From the NCBI RefSeq assembly GCF_001194135.2, contig NC_068992.1:66076508-66113913 (forward strand): a DNA stretch of 37,406 nucleotides, given 5' to 3'. The translations under genes were made by a program, and so were the position numbers. The notes below the pieces were generated by a model. The model worked only from the letters and a program-made list of their open reading frames with translations. It ran no database searches and had not been told where the DNA came from. Source of the stretch: Octopus bimaculoides. Taxonomy: Eukaryota. The number at the start of each line of letters is the position of its first letter. The stretch's first letter is position 1. Below are positions 23,501 to 36,577 of this stretch, in pieces.

Positions 23501-24659
23501 GTTCCTTGTTGCTACAATCAAAGACCAAACTACCATAGTTGAAACATTCTTACATTTCATTGGGTTTTCCTTAGAATTTTTATTAATCATATTTACACAT
23601 CATTTTATGGAAAAAAAAGACACCTTTTAAAAACCTGTAAAAGAAGAATTTATTAAATACAAGAAAGCACTAACCACCGCTGCCTCAAGTGCTTCACTTT
23701 CCGCTTTGGATGTGGAATTGGACTCGCAGAGTTTCTAAGAAAACTATAAACAGTTTCAATAATCCATTTAGGTTTGTGCTGCGGTTTTCGTTGCTGTTGG
23801 CTTTTTTTGTTTTTTGTTCTTATTTTCTTTTTCCAAGTTTGTTCTTTGCAAACACATTCACTGTTACAGCAACGGTCATGAAGAAATTGTTATTTTCTCT
23901 TACATATATATACATATNNNNNNNNNNNNNNNNNNNNNNNNNNNNNNNNNNNNNNNNNNNNNNNNNNNNNNNNNNNNNNNNNNNNNNNNNNNNNNNNNNN
24001 NNNNNNNNNNNNNNNNNNNNNNNNNNNNNNNNNNNNNNNNNNNNNNNNNNNNNNNNNNNNNNNNNNNNNNNNNNNNNNNNNNNNNNNNNNNNNNNNNNNN
24101 NNNNNNNNNNATATATATATATATATATATACTCATATGTATGTATGTGTATTTGTTTGATATTTTGATCTCGGTATCGCTTTTGAAATCCTTCCCATTG
24201 TGAGAGAAGCTGCATCCGATCTTACGATACAAAATTTCTCATAAATTATAAAATTATCGAAATATTTTGAGGCAACTACAGATTGTATATGTCTTTATTC
24301 TGCGATATTTTTGCCCTCCAGTAATATATATACTGCTTTTAGAAATAGATTCTACACAAATTTCAATGCAATTTATCTTATATTTATGAGTTGAAGTGGA
24401 GAAGCATTAAAACATCTTGGAGCAATATAGCGGTTAGCAATTTAAAGATATTTATTGTATACATAGACGTGTTGCTAATTTAGCGTTTAGCAAGCCAAAA
24501 ACATATAATGCATACCTATTACATATATATAGATATGTTAGTAATTCAGCGTTTGGCAAACCACAAAAATGTGATACATAGTTGTTATATACACAGATAT
24601 GTGAAGTACAGCCAATCGTCACTCGCGATCTAGTATCGCTTGGTAGCCATGTATTCGCG

Positions 24660-24823
24660 ATTGGATGGAGAGAAAGGTTATGCTCATTACAGCAGAGTAG
24701 ATACTGGAGCAACGTGAAAAGAAGTGTCTTGATCAAGAATATAAAACCTTCCTCCCGAACTAGGAATTGAACCTTCAACCTTATCATCATAAACCAAATA
24801 TCATAACCACGTAGCTATGAACC
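24660..24823 (-). mobile_element. SINE family B (degenerate)
   Basis: actggagcaacgtgaaaagaagtgtcttgatcaagaa..ggaattgaacc..taaccac is the reverse complement of the family B head and centre. Confidence 0.7.
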
Positions 24824-25414
24824 TTTACCCAAATTCTATATTATCAAACAAATTGTAGAATAAAAATTTGGGGACCAGCAATCAAAACTTGATAAAGACT
24901 GTGCAATAGTGTTGTGATAATCCCGTATTTTTGTCAAACATAAATCAATGTATTCGACAATAAATCTATGCAACACAGCAACAAAGTTGTAACAGGAAGA
25001 ATTTGAAATTTCTTTCATAAAGATAATCAATTTACGTCACATGGTATTCGGATATATTGTTAAGTTCAAGGATACAACCCAACATATATTCACAATGAAA
25101 CGCTAAGCTATTTCACAAATCACTTGATAAATCACAAATAAGACTTACAAACATCTTCAGACATATTGAATATACAATCTGCATAGTTTTCTCGTTTGTA
25201 TTATTAACTCTCAGCCTGCAGCAGAATCGGTTTGGAAGACAAAGTAACGTCTTTGGAATAAAGCATTCACTTAAAGACGTCTTTGTAAATGGACCATTCA
25301 TATTCCTCGCTGGTCTCTTTGCGAGGCGTTAATGGTTTCGCTAATGGAACGCTCTCTGTTCTTTCTATCGTAATATAAAAGCATCATTCAAACATACACA
25401 TACATATATATATA

Positions 25415-25472
<58 letters not shown>

Positions 25473-25727
25473 NNNNNNNNNNNNNNNNNNNNNNNNNNNN
25501 NNNNNNNNNNNNNNNNNNNNNNNNNNNNNNNNNNNNNNNNNNNNNNNNNNNNNNNNNNNNNNNNNNNNNNNNNNNNNNNNNNNNNNNNNNNNNNNNNNNN
25601 NNNNNNNNNNNNNNNNNNNNNNNNNNNNNNNNNNNNNNNNNNNNNNNNNNNNNNNNNNNNNNNNNNNNNNNNNNNNNNNNNNNNNNNNNNNNNNNNNNNN
25701 NNNNNNNNNNNNNNNNNNNNNNNNNNN

Positions 25728-25792
<65 letters not shown>

Positions 25793-26080
25793 GAGTATGT
25801 ACATATATATGTAAGTATGTATGTATATATATGTGTGTATGTATGTATAAATGTATACATGCATGCATGTATGTATGTAATCGTGTGCGTTATGTGTCTG
25901 CGTCTATGCAAATACATGTTGGACATAAGAATCAGATAATACGATCAGCAGTGCTAAAACTAAGAGTATGAGTAACATTAACCATTTAAAAGTGTAAGAA
26001 GAAACACACCAGTGTGTTAATAGCAGTAATTAAAGACATATATCACAATATTGCCTATTGCAGCAGAGAGGGTAGCAACG

Positions 26081-26131
<51 letters not shown>

Positions 26132-26923
26132 AGTTGAACATTTATCAATAGAAGCGTCTGCAAGAACCCACCGGTTCCGATCTTTTCTCCAATATAATCG
26201 CCCTTTAAATTCCAGATATATTTCATCAGTGAAGTAGCAACCATCCTCCTCAGTGACTGAATGTATACATATAATGCAAAAATCCTTTTTTAAAAATATT
26301 TTTAATAAGATTTTTGTTACACTGTCATCTGTGGGATATAGACCATAACACGAAAGGTCAATGCTTCACAAAAATAACAAGCCAATGAGAAGGAAGACAG
26401 AAGAATTGATACAATTACGTAGAGAACGGTTTTTTGTATTCGTATGGGAATGTTTCCACTAATTTATACTAACTATAGAAGCAACAAAGCTCTCCATGCA
26501 ACTGTAGATTACTTTAACGCTATTTCGGCTAAAAACGATCCTATAATCTCTACGACCTGTGATTTTGAAACTCCAAGTAAAAGCTTATATCATCAGTTAA
26601 ATAAATGACAATATACTCTATCGCTTATATTGAGAACTTTCTACCCGTTCGTATATACATACACACATACATATATATCCTCATACATTATATAATTTTA
26701 TTTTATTACTTTATATTATATTTTATTTATATCATACCATATCATATTATATTACATATCATATCTAGCAATGGAGGCGTATGGTTTTTGTATATCCATT
26801 AACTCTACTTCATACGCTGGATAATGTTTCACCGCTATCTATACACTTCGACTTGGACGATGTTAATGTACATTTCACAAATGAAATACATGCAAATGTA
26901 TACATACATACACACACACACAC

Positions 26924-26957
<34 letters not shown>

Positions 26958-27868
26958 NNNNNNNNNNNNNNNNNNNNNNNNNNNNNNNNNNNNNNNNNNN
27001 NNNNNNNNNNNNNNNNNNNNNNNNNNNNNNNNNNNNNNNNNNNNNNNNNNNNNNNNNNNNNNNNNNNNNNNNNNNNNNNNNNNNNNNNNNNNNNNNNNNN
27101 NNNNNNNNNNNNNNNNNNNNNNNNNNNNNNNNNNNNNNNNNNNNNNNNNNNNNNNNNNNNNNNNNNNNNNNNNNNNNNNNNNNNNNNNNNNNNNNNNNNN
27201 NNNNNNNNNNNNNNNNNNNNNNNNNNNNNNNNNNNNNNNNNNNNNNNNNNNNNNNNNNNNNNNNNNNNNNNNNNNNNNNNNNNNNNNNNNNNNNNNNNNN
27301 NNNNNNNNNNNNNNNNNNNNNNNNNNNNNNNNNNNNNNNNNNNNNNNNNNNNNNNNNNNNNNNNNNNNNNNNNNNNNNNNNNNNNNNNNNNNNNNNNNNN
27401 NNNNNNNNNNNNNNNNNNNNNNNNNNNNNNNNNNNNNNNNNNNNNNNNNNNNNNNNNNNNNNNNNNNNNNNNNNNNNNNNNNNNNNNNNNNNNNNNNNNN
27501 NNNNNNNNNNNNNNNNNNNNNNNNNNNNNNNNNNNNNNNNNNNNNNNNNNNNNNNNNNNNNNNNNNNNNNNNNNNNNNNNNNNNNNNNNNNNNNNNNNNN
27601 NNNNNNNNNNNNNNNNNNNNNNNNNNNNNNNNNNNNNNNNNNNNNNNNNNNNNNNNNNNNNNNNNNNNNNNNNNNNNNNNNNNNNNNNNNNNNNNNNNNN
27701 NNNNNNNNNNNNNNNNNNNNNNNNNNNNNNNNNNNNNNNNNNNNNNNNNNNNNNNNNNNNNNNNNNNNNNNNNNNNNNNNNNNNNNNNNNNNNNNNNNNN
27801 NNNNNNNNNNNNNNNNNNNNNNNNNNNNNNNNNNNNNNNNNNNNNNNNNNNNNNNNNNNNNNNNNNNN

Positions 27869-27903
<35 letters not shown>

Positions 27904-28908
27904 ATAAAAATTCATGAATATGTGTGTGTATATGAACATACGCACATACAAATATCCATACATACTGGATAGATACATGAATACATAAGCGCTCCTATAC
28001 ATGTATGCATACAAAAGCACGTACAAAGATACAGCAATACACACAGCACAGACGCACATGCAAATATCCATACATACACGCATGCATACATGCACTCACA
28101 TACATACATACATACATACATACATACATACATACAGGCCTACATACAAGCATACAAATAAAATAAATACATGCATACCACATTGCACGCATATATACGT
28201 AGTACATATATACATAGAATAAATGTTTCTATTTGTATATTGTTGTTAGCCGTCGCCATTATTCTTCCAGCGTTTCTATCGTCGGTTTCATCAGTTAGAA
28301 AATGGCGGCCAGCTCGCTAGTTTATCAGCATCGCGTCGACAACGTGTTGACTGCTGGCTTATCTTTACTGCAAAGGAAAAGATAACTCCATATTACATGG
28401 TGAAGGACGGTGGCGGAAGTTTGAGTACAACTAATTCAACGGTCATGTGTGTGGATGCGTGCGGATGTGCACGTGTGCATGTGTGCATATATATGAAAGT
28501 GTGTGTATCTGTCTATATTTGTGTGTGTATGTATGTCTGTATGTATGTATGTATGTATGTATGTATGTATGTGCGTGTGTGTGAGTGTGCATATATATAT
28601 ATATANNNNNNNNNNNNNNNNNNNNNNNNNNNNNNNNNNNNNNNNNNNNNNNNNNNNNNNNNNNNNNNNNNNNNNNNNNNNNNNNNNNNNNNNNNNNNNN
28701 NNNNNNNNNNNNNNNNNNNNNNNNNNNNNNNNNNNNNNNNNNNNNNNNNNNNNNNNNNNNNNNNNNNNNNNNNNNNNNNNNNNNNNNNNNNNNNNNNNNN
28801 NNNNNNNNNNNNNNNNNNNNNNNNNNNNNNNNNNNNNNNNNNNNNNNNNNNNNNNNNNNNNNNNNNNNNNNNNNNNNNNNNNNNNNNNNNNNNNNNNNNN
28901 NNNNNNNN

Positions 28909-28973
<65 letters not shown>

Positions 28974-29065
28974 GTATGTGGACATTTATGTACCTATTTG
29001 TGTATAGATGTATTTAGCCAGCCAGACAGACAGACAGACAGACAGGCAGATATAGATAGATAAAT

Positions 29066-29100
<35 letters not shown>

Positions 29101-30589
29101 TTTCATGTGCACACGTGTAGATGTTGCAATATTTTCGAAGAGTCATACTATTAAACCCGATAAACACACACGGTTGTTGATGTTTGTCTAAAACTCTTTT
29201 CCCCAAAACATTTTCCGTTGTAGCAGCTCTGTGGCCATTTCAATGAGTACAGATTTTTAAATAACTTTAATTTAGATTTTTGAACTGAACTTCTTGTGAT
29301 GCGCTACATCTCCACAGAAAGCGGCTGAGCTGAACGCATTTATTTATGTTTTTATCTGCTTCTTTTTATTGATACCAGCACAAGAACACATCTGGCGTGG
29401 GTGGCATCAGTTGATTTTAGCATCGTGTGTCATTATTGGAGTTAAAGAAAAATTGTTACATCATTCTTTCTTTCTATTGAGTGTGTATAAAAGTGCGACA
29501 ATCTGTTTCCAGTATTTTTACAGCCTCCTTAGTGTCCTAATATTCTATTTTTATATGTCTATACAGAAATCTCGTCATACTGAAATAATTTAACACTGAC
29601 TAAAGAGTCAGTAATGTCACAAAAAGCAGGCGGGTTTACATATTAAGTAGCTATTAGCGTCGGATGCAGTTTTTATACTGAATATTAATTTGTACATTCA
29701 ACTCGGTTTTTCTCTAATAAGCAGTGCTCCCACTGTTTATACATGTAATCAGTGCCTACCCATGATACTTATAGACAATTCTTTAGAGTGACTCGCCTTT
29801 AGATATTCGTGTTCATATTGGACAGAAAGCTTCGCCAGTGACTGGACATGATTGAGAAATCTATCTTATTTCTAGAATGTTCAATCACTAATTCTTATTT
29901 ATACAAACGTTTTCTTTACACAATTTTAAATAAGAACTAAAGTTGCAGAAAAAAATTTGCAAAAATTTCCAATCATTATATACTAATTAAAGTTTTGGAT
30001 AATTAGCCAAATATATAACTTATATAAACTTTTTATTGTTGTGTTATTCCATAAAATTTATCAACAAATTACATGCAAATATGGTTAAACTAAAGCACGA
30101 CATTGTGTTTTAGTGTGATGTTTACAATCAAACAGAATTAAAAAAAAGAATGAAGATAAAAAACAATTTGCAAAAGAAAAAAAATGAATCTTTAATTTTT
30201 CAATCAAAATTTAATAAAAAAAAAACATTCGAATTAGGAATCAAAATAATTTAAATTTAAAAGAGAGATAAAAGTAACAGTTGCAAAAGACATTTTTTTG
30301 TGTGTGTGAAATAATTAGATTTGGAGAAAAGAATTAGAATCTGCTTAGAAATCTCATCAAGCCTGAATATCACGTGATAAAAACTTGCAATCTTCTTTGA
30401 TAAATATTCTTTGTTTCTTTAACAAATATCTTCATGGAATCTCAAGGTGAAGGTCATAACTTTATAGAGAATGGTACAATCGATCGAATCAATTAAACTA
30501 ACTAAATTATGTAAGACATCTAGTTCGGCGCTTTACTGCCGTTTTTTCTTTTTTTTTTCTCTCACTTCCAAGGAGTTGATGGCTATGTA

Positions 30590-30616
30590 TATAGATAGAT
30601 AGATAGATAGATAGAT

Positions 30617-30693
<77 letters not shown>
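30590..30693 (+). repeat. (GATA)n microsatellite
   Basis: Near-pure tetranucleotide run. Confidence 0.97.
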
Positions 30694-30694
<1 letters not shown>

Positions 30695-31089
30695 TGCACA
30701 AACACACATGCGTGCGCACACGCGTATACACACACACACACACACACAACATATTAGCGTTTATTTAAATGTCAAGTTATGATAAAAGCAATATTTAACA
30801 CTAAACTAAAAAATTACTCAATACTATTTAGTAGAGTAAATATCGATTAAACTTTTACAATGAAAAGATTGACAGTGACTTCGAAGCATCGGCTTGCCTG
30901 CCTCCATTAGTCCAAAAGCTGAAAGTCACAATCAACATCTTAAATACGGATTAGAAACGCTAAGCAAGGGCTTATGTAAATATAAACTTGTGACCAGTTG
31001 AAATATGTTTTTGATAAATATTCGAAAGCTATGGAGAACAAAATCGCGTTGTAGACGAAAAGGTGGAAACAAACCAGGGCAATGCAGAG

Positions 31090-31257
31090 CGCCCTCTACC
31101 CAGATCAATGAGTCCATACATTTCGAATTAGTTATCTTCTCTTTAATATCAGACACTGGAAAAAGAGGCGACTCTGAACTGATTACGAGGTTAGGCCTCA
31201 CTTCAGGGAAGATACTTACTCGGAAATGTGTGCATCCATGGGTCTGGGTAGAGGGCG
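31090..31257. repeat. Imperfect long inverted repeat (fold-back), arms about 53 nt
   Basis: 31090-31104 is perfectly complementary to 31243-31257. Imperfect complementarity continues to 31142/31205. Confidence 0.85.
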
Positions 31258-31599
31258 TTGCAAACTGATCTGATGCCTTCATATCTTCCGGTTTAGAGCA
31301 AGCAATTTTCTCCATGACAAAACGCAGTGGGTGGGCTTCTTACGGGTTCGAATATGTTTCAAGCATTTTGAACTGGTGATAAGTTTGTTCGTGTTTGTGT
31401 GTATGTGTATTGTGTGCGTGTGCGTGTGCGTGTGTGTTTCTGTCTGTCTGTCTGTATGTGTATGCATATGTGTGTGTGCGCGTGTATGTGTGTGGGCATG
31501 CGTATTCACGTTCTCGAACACCAAGACATAGATATATATTTATTTGTGTGAAACATATATATATATACACACACAGATTGACACGAAAATACACACATT

Positions 31600-31635
<36 letters not shown>

Positions 31636-32068
31636 CACACACATACACATACACACACACACACACACTGTACTGGGTGAAAGATTTCGCCAAAGAACAG
31701 TTGAAAATAAAATTAGGCAACCTATATATTCCTCTGAAGCCTGTCTACATAAACTTGCCGCCATCACAGACGTGTTTACTCAACGAGTTCCAACGTAAAC
31801 CGAAATATGTTTAATTAGTTTCTGGTTTAATTAGTTTTAGTTTATATCGACATGAAGTGATTTCATTAAGATTCCATCTCCAATATTACCGCTGACTTTA
31901 TGACGTATTTTTCTGCTAAGATCGTTACAATTGCAAGAACTTTCTACCTAATTTGATATCGTGAATATCTCAGATTACAGGTGATGTGCCATTCGCTATA
32001 ATTACATCTCAAAGTGATTACTGAGGGCCTTGTACAAGACGTGTCACTGTTTGCTAGAAAAGCAGGTG

Positions 32069-32337
32069 CAGTAATCTCTCGACTATCGTCGGTGTTGTGT
32101 TCCAAAACCCCACCCGCGATAGGTGAAAATCCGCGAAGTAAAAACAGTACTGTACTGTATATTTTTTTAGATTATTTTTATAATTTGTATATATTTATTT
32201 TATTTTAAATGCAAAACAACACTACGGAAGAATCGACGTAAGCTTAAATAATAAACCGCGATAGGTGAACAGCGATATGTGAACCGCGATATGGTGAACC
32301 GCAATATGGTGAACCGCAATATGGTGAGGAATTACTG
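32069..32337. mobile_element. Tigger/pogo-type (Tc1-mariner superfamily) MITE
   Basis: Left TIR CAGTAATCTCTC; right end GAGGAATTACTG followed by TA (32338-39). The left flank is TG, a possibly mutated TA TSD. CCGCGATAGGTGAA motifs occur near both ends. Confidence 0.8.
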
Positions 32338-32394
32338 TACTGAGAATCGTGTACAAGATGTATTGATGTTTGCTATACATTTATATATATCTGT

Positions 32395-32535
32395 GAAGGC
32401 GCGTGGCTTAGTGATTTGGGTGTTTGTCTCAGGATCGTAGGGTCGTAAGTTCGATTCCTGGCGGCGCGTTGTGTCCTTGAGCGCACCTGGCAAAAATAAG
32501 TTGTACCTGTATTTGAAAGGGACCGGCCTTGTAAC
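32395..32535 (+). mobile_element. SINE family B with internal deletion and a different tail
   Basis: gaaggcgcgtggcttagtg..GTTCGATTCCTGG..ttgtgtccttgagc, then a jump to ctggcaaaaataagt. Confidence 0.75.
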
Positions 32536-32627
32536 ATTTCGAGCCTACGCTCTTCAACAGAAAAGAATAAGAGAAAATAAACAGAGAGGGAATGAAAAAA
32601 CTTGTAGATTTCAGTGGTCGTATATAT

Positions 32628-32760
32628 GATGCGCTTCTTTCCATTTCCGTCTACCAAATTCACTCGCAAGGCTTTGGTCAGCCGAAGGCTACAGTAGATG
32701 ACACTTACCCAAGGCGCCACGCAGTGGGACTGAACACAGAACCATGTGGTTAGAAAGCAG
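32628..32760 (-). mobile_element. SINE family A, 5' half
   Basis: Reverse complement reads ttctaaccacatggttctgtgttcagtcccactgcgtggcgccttgggtaagtgtc..ccaaagccttgcgagtgaatttggtagacggaaa. Confidence 0.85.
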
Positions 32761-32910
32761 TAGTTGATATTCTCTCCATTCTTGTGTTTAATGAGATTTA
32801 TTTTTTGTCTTGAATACTATTCGTTGTTGTTTAGCCCTAGGTCAGTTTACGACGAGCAAACTTAGGATCAAAGCCTTCAAGTCAGGTGCTTCTTGGGGCT
32901 TTAATTTTGG

Positions 32911-33315
32911 GGCGTTAGCACGACTGTGTGGTTAATAACCTCGCTATTGCGATCACGTGGTTTCCGATTCAGTCTCACTGCTCATCACCTTGGACATGTG
33001 TCTTGTACTCTAGCCACGGACTGACCAATACCTTGTGAGTGAATATGGTAGACGGATACTGTACGGTAGCCCCTTGTGTGTGTGCATGTCTTTGTGTCTC
33101 TGCGTGACCGCCCCTACCCACCGCATGTCAGCGAGTGTTGATTTGTTGACGTCCCCGTAACTCAGCAGCTCGTCAAAAGAAAACTGATAGAATAAATACC
33201 AAAATTTAAGAAAAAATATGTACTGGATGGGGGCGATTTGTTCGACTAAAACCCTTCAGAACGATGCTCCGGCATGGCCGGCGTCCAATGAGTGAAACAG
33301 GTAAAAGATAGAAGA
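32911..33315 (+). mobile_element. SINE family A, full length (degenerate)
   Basis: Head, internal (TG)n linker and 3' half (gacgtccccgtaactcagc..gatagaataa..cgatttgttcgactaaaacccttc..gcatggcc..gaaacaggtaaaaga) are all present. Confidence 0.85.
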
Positions 33316-33795
33316 CAAAAGGATAATTTTTAAAAATCATTATCCAACTGGTGCTTCCTTGTTTTTCAAGATACTGTGCTGAAATTTGAAGAACATTTAG
33401 CTGCTGCTTCTAGCATATGCAATGACCTCGCTGAGGTGTCTTCATTGCTGTTTGGTTATATCCCGATTTAAAGACTACACGAGAGCACTTTCATCGTCTT
33501 TGAAATCGGAATTCATATTAATTTTACTAATAGAATTTATGCAGATAACGCAGTTTCTTTAGAGTTTCATTAGGATCATTGCTGCTTAAATGGTGCCATA
33601 AAACTATGTTCCAGTTTATTAGTTGAACCACTAGTAAGTAAAACCTAATTGATTTTATTAATTTAAGTATAGTACAGTCAGTAGCATGGGGTTGAAGATG
33701 GCGTTTTCAAAGGAAAATGTGTGGACATGCGTTATATACATCTATGTTTGTGTGCGCGTGTGTGTGTGTATTACATATACACATACATACATACA

Positions 33796-33911
<116 letters not shown>

Positions 33912-34015
33912 GATATTGATATTAGCACCAATTTGTTGGATATAAAAGATTAAATATATGCAACATCGGTTTAAAACAACCGTTAAAAAGTAACCATAAA
34001 TACAGATAGACAGAC

Positions 34016-34066
<51 letters not shown>

Positions 34067-34517
34067 CAAAATATAAGAGAAAGAGAGGGGAAATTAGCAG
34101 CTGACAGCGGTGAGACAGGTAATCATGCGAGCAGACAGTGAATAAATAGAGAGGAACGGAGAAAAGTAATTGAGGAAGAGATAGCATGAGTAGGAGTGGA
34201 GATGCGGGAAGAAGAATGATAGAACTCTACAATTGAGGAAAATAAAAATGTAATTTAATAAAATAACTGAGACTTGAAGTAGATGAGAATGATATGGAGA
34301 AAGATAAAGACGGGAAGAGATAGATTGTGAAAATAAGGAAATTTGTGCTTGAAAACAAAGTGTAAAGGAAGACGTTAGGAAATTAAGAGAAAATGTGGAA
34401 ACAGATTCTCAGGGAGAGAAAAAGAGCGAAGTATATATATAGAGAGAGATAAGAGAAGGAAAACATATGTCAGCAAGAATAAATTGATTAAAATTAAAAG
34501 ACTTAGATTAATATAAA

Positions 34518-34680
34518 GACGAAATGAAACAAAAAATTCAGCAAGTCTTCAAAGAAAGCACGAAGAATTTCTGACATGAGGCAGAAATAAACCCCGTCTG
34601 AAATAAAGGCCAACAGCGAAAATGAAGATGTACAAACTCTATGCCTTTCGATTTTTACGTTTGGATGCGAGACATAAGTA
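34518..34680 (+). mobile_element. Degenerate RTE-clade LINE, RT C-terminal fragment
   Basis: With one frameshift the sequence reads KMKMYK/TLCLSIFTFGCET*V, similar to the RTE motif TKxKLYKxLVLSILxYGCETW. Confidence 0.5.
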
Positions 34681-34734
34681 AGAAATACGAATCAGTAAAG
34701 GGCAATAGTGAACACTTTTCACACACACACACAC

Positions 34735-34777
<43 letters not shown>

Positions 34778-35021
34778 NNNNNNNNNNNNNNNNNNNNNNN
34801 NNNNNNNNNNNNNNNNNNNNNNNNNNNNNNNNNNNNNNNNNNNNNNNNNNNNNNNNNNNNNNNNNNNNNNNNNNNNNNNNNNNNNNNNNNNNNNNNNNNN
34901 NNNNNNNNNNNNNNNNNNNNNNNNNNNNNNNNNNNNNNNNNNNNNNNNNNNNNNNNNNNNNNNNNNNNNNNNNNNNNNNNNNNNNNNNNNNNNNNNNNNN
35001 NNNNNNNNNNNNNNNNNNNNN

Positions 35022-35058
<37 letters not shown>

Positions 35059-36403
35059 GGTGTGTGTGTGTACGGACTATAGGAATCGCTCTGAAGATTA
35101 ATCTATTAGCTTTTCTCTTAACACACTTGTATAAATGGGTCTGTACTTTTGATACTGTGAATACTATTGTTGAGTCAGGAAATAATTAATTCCGAAAATT
35201 GGAAAATTGGAACGAACAAGACTTAATTAAAAGTCGAATTATTTCAGAATGCGTTGATGTAAAAGTAGGAAGAACATTTAATGTCTGTTGTAGAAAAATG
35301 CCCTGGGAACTAATCATTATGCTCGAAGTGAGTGAGGTCAACTGAAATAGCTAGTTAACAGGAATTAAGTGAGATTTCTTCAGTTCTTCGATTTGCTTCC
35401 TGCGAGCACATTAATAAGTTTGCAGGAATAGCTGCAGAAAGTTAATTTTGAAAACAAGGTTGTTATAATACAAGGATTTCTCTATGATACATGCGATCAT
35501 CGATGTGTAAGAAGGTAAAGGTGGACTTGCGGCTTCTTTCGTTGTAAGCTTCAGTGTATCTGAAGATGTAGGGGTATGTTTGGAATAGAACAAGCGGGTG
35601 GTTGAGGGGTATGGGGATATAATTGTTTTTAATGGAAGTATTTAGGGAAGAATTTCGTCAGAAGCGGAAAGAATGGTTTAATGTTGGGAGAACAATAAGA
35701 AAATGGAAATATTGAATGAACGAAAACAAAAGAGGAAGAATAGGAAGAAGTGAGAAAGAAAGAATGAGTGCTATGACGTAAACAACGCTTAGGTTATAAA
35801 ACATCTAGGCTAGAAATAACAGTCAAAACTATCTCAAGCTACAGCATAGTGTCTTAGAAAGACTAGGCGCGCTGGACAATGTAGTCCGAGAAACATTGTG
35901 TATAAATAAGGCGATGAATTGTTTAATACTGAAATTACTTTAATAAATCTGCTACTTTAAGTAAGGCCTGGGTAAATATAAACGCATATGCATATGCGCA
36001 TACATTTATGTATGCGTGTGTGTATGTATGTATGTATGTATGCATCTATGTATGTATGTGTGCATGTATGCATGTATGTTTGTATGTATGTATATGAAAA
36101 TACGGTTTATGTCAACACAAGTAGAAATGAAAGAAAATTAGAGTGGGCTTGAAATATACCGGGTTCTTAAAACAAATCTAGTTTTGTTTAAATCTGTTAA
36201 TCCATTAAAATACCCAACCGGTTTCGATAATTTTTGTTTTCATTGATTAATATAAAATGTAAAATAAAATGTAAACACAAAGGAATGAGACTGCAACAGA
36301 AAAGTTTGATAGCGATAAAACATTATGAAAGATATAATGTTTAATATTTTCACACCAATGTGTGCATGTGTGTGTGTGTGCGTGCGTGCGTTCGTGCGTG
36401 CGT

Positions 36404-36577
36404 GAAGGCACATGGCCTACCGGTTAAGTTGTTGTACTCACAATCGCAATACAATGGTTTCGATTCGTAGACCGGCATTGCATTGTGTTCTTGAACAAAA
36501 CACCTCATTTCGCGTTGCTGCAGTCTACTCAGCCGCAAACAGGTCCCCTTGCGACGGAAATATATGCCTGCCCGTCC
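36404..36577 (+). mobile_element. SINE family B
   Basis: gaaggcacatggcctaccggttaag..gtttcgattcgtagaccgg..ttgtgttcttgaacaaaacacctcatttcgcgttgctgcagtctactcagc. Confidence 0.8.

Noticed and set aside
23607-23738. Frame MEKKDTF*KPVKEEFIKYKKALTTAASSASLSALDVELDSQSF*
   Set aside because: It has an internal stop, no recognisable family and no convincing splice sites.
26165-26232. Minus-strand CTGATGA-AATATA..TATATT followed later by GGAACCGGTG
   Set aside because: GAAA is not adjacent to stem II, the cleavage site would be GUG, and there is no stem I.
28268-28296. Minus-strand CTGATGA...GAAACGC resembling a hammerhead core
   Set aside because: No stem II pairing, no NUH triplet in position, and no stem I.
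35400-35700. Possible CR1/L2 3' end on the minus strand (PSTTRLFYS similar to PRTSRLWNS)
   Set aside because: The similarity is too short and degenerate to call without an alignment search.
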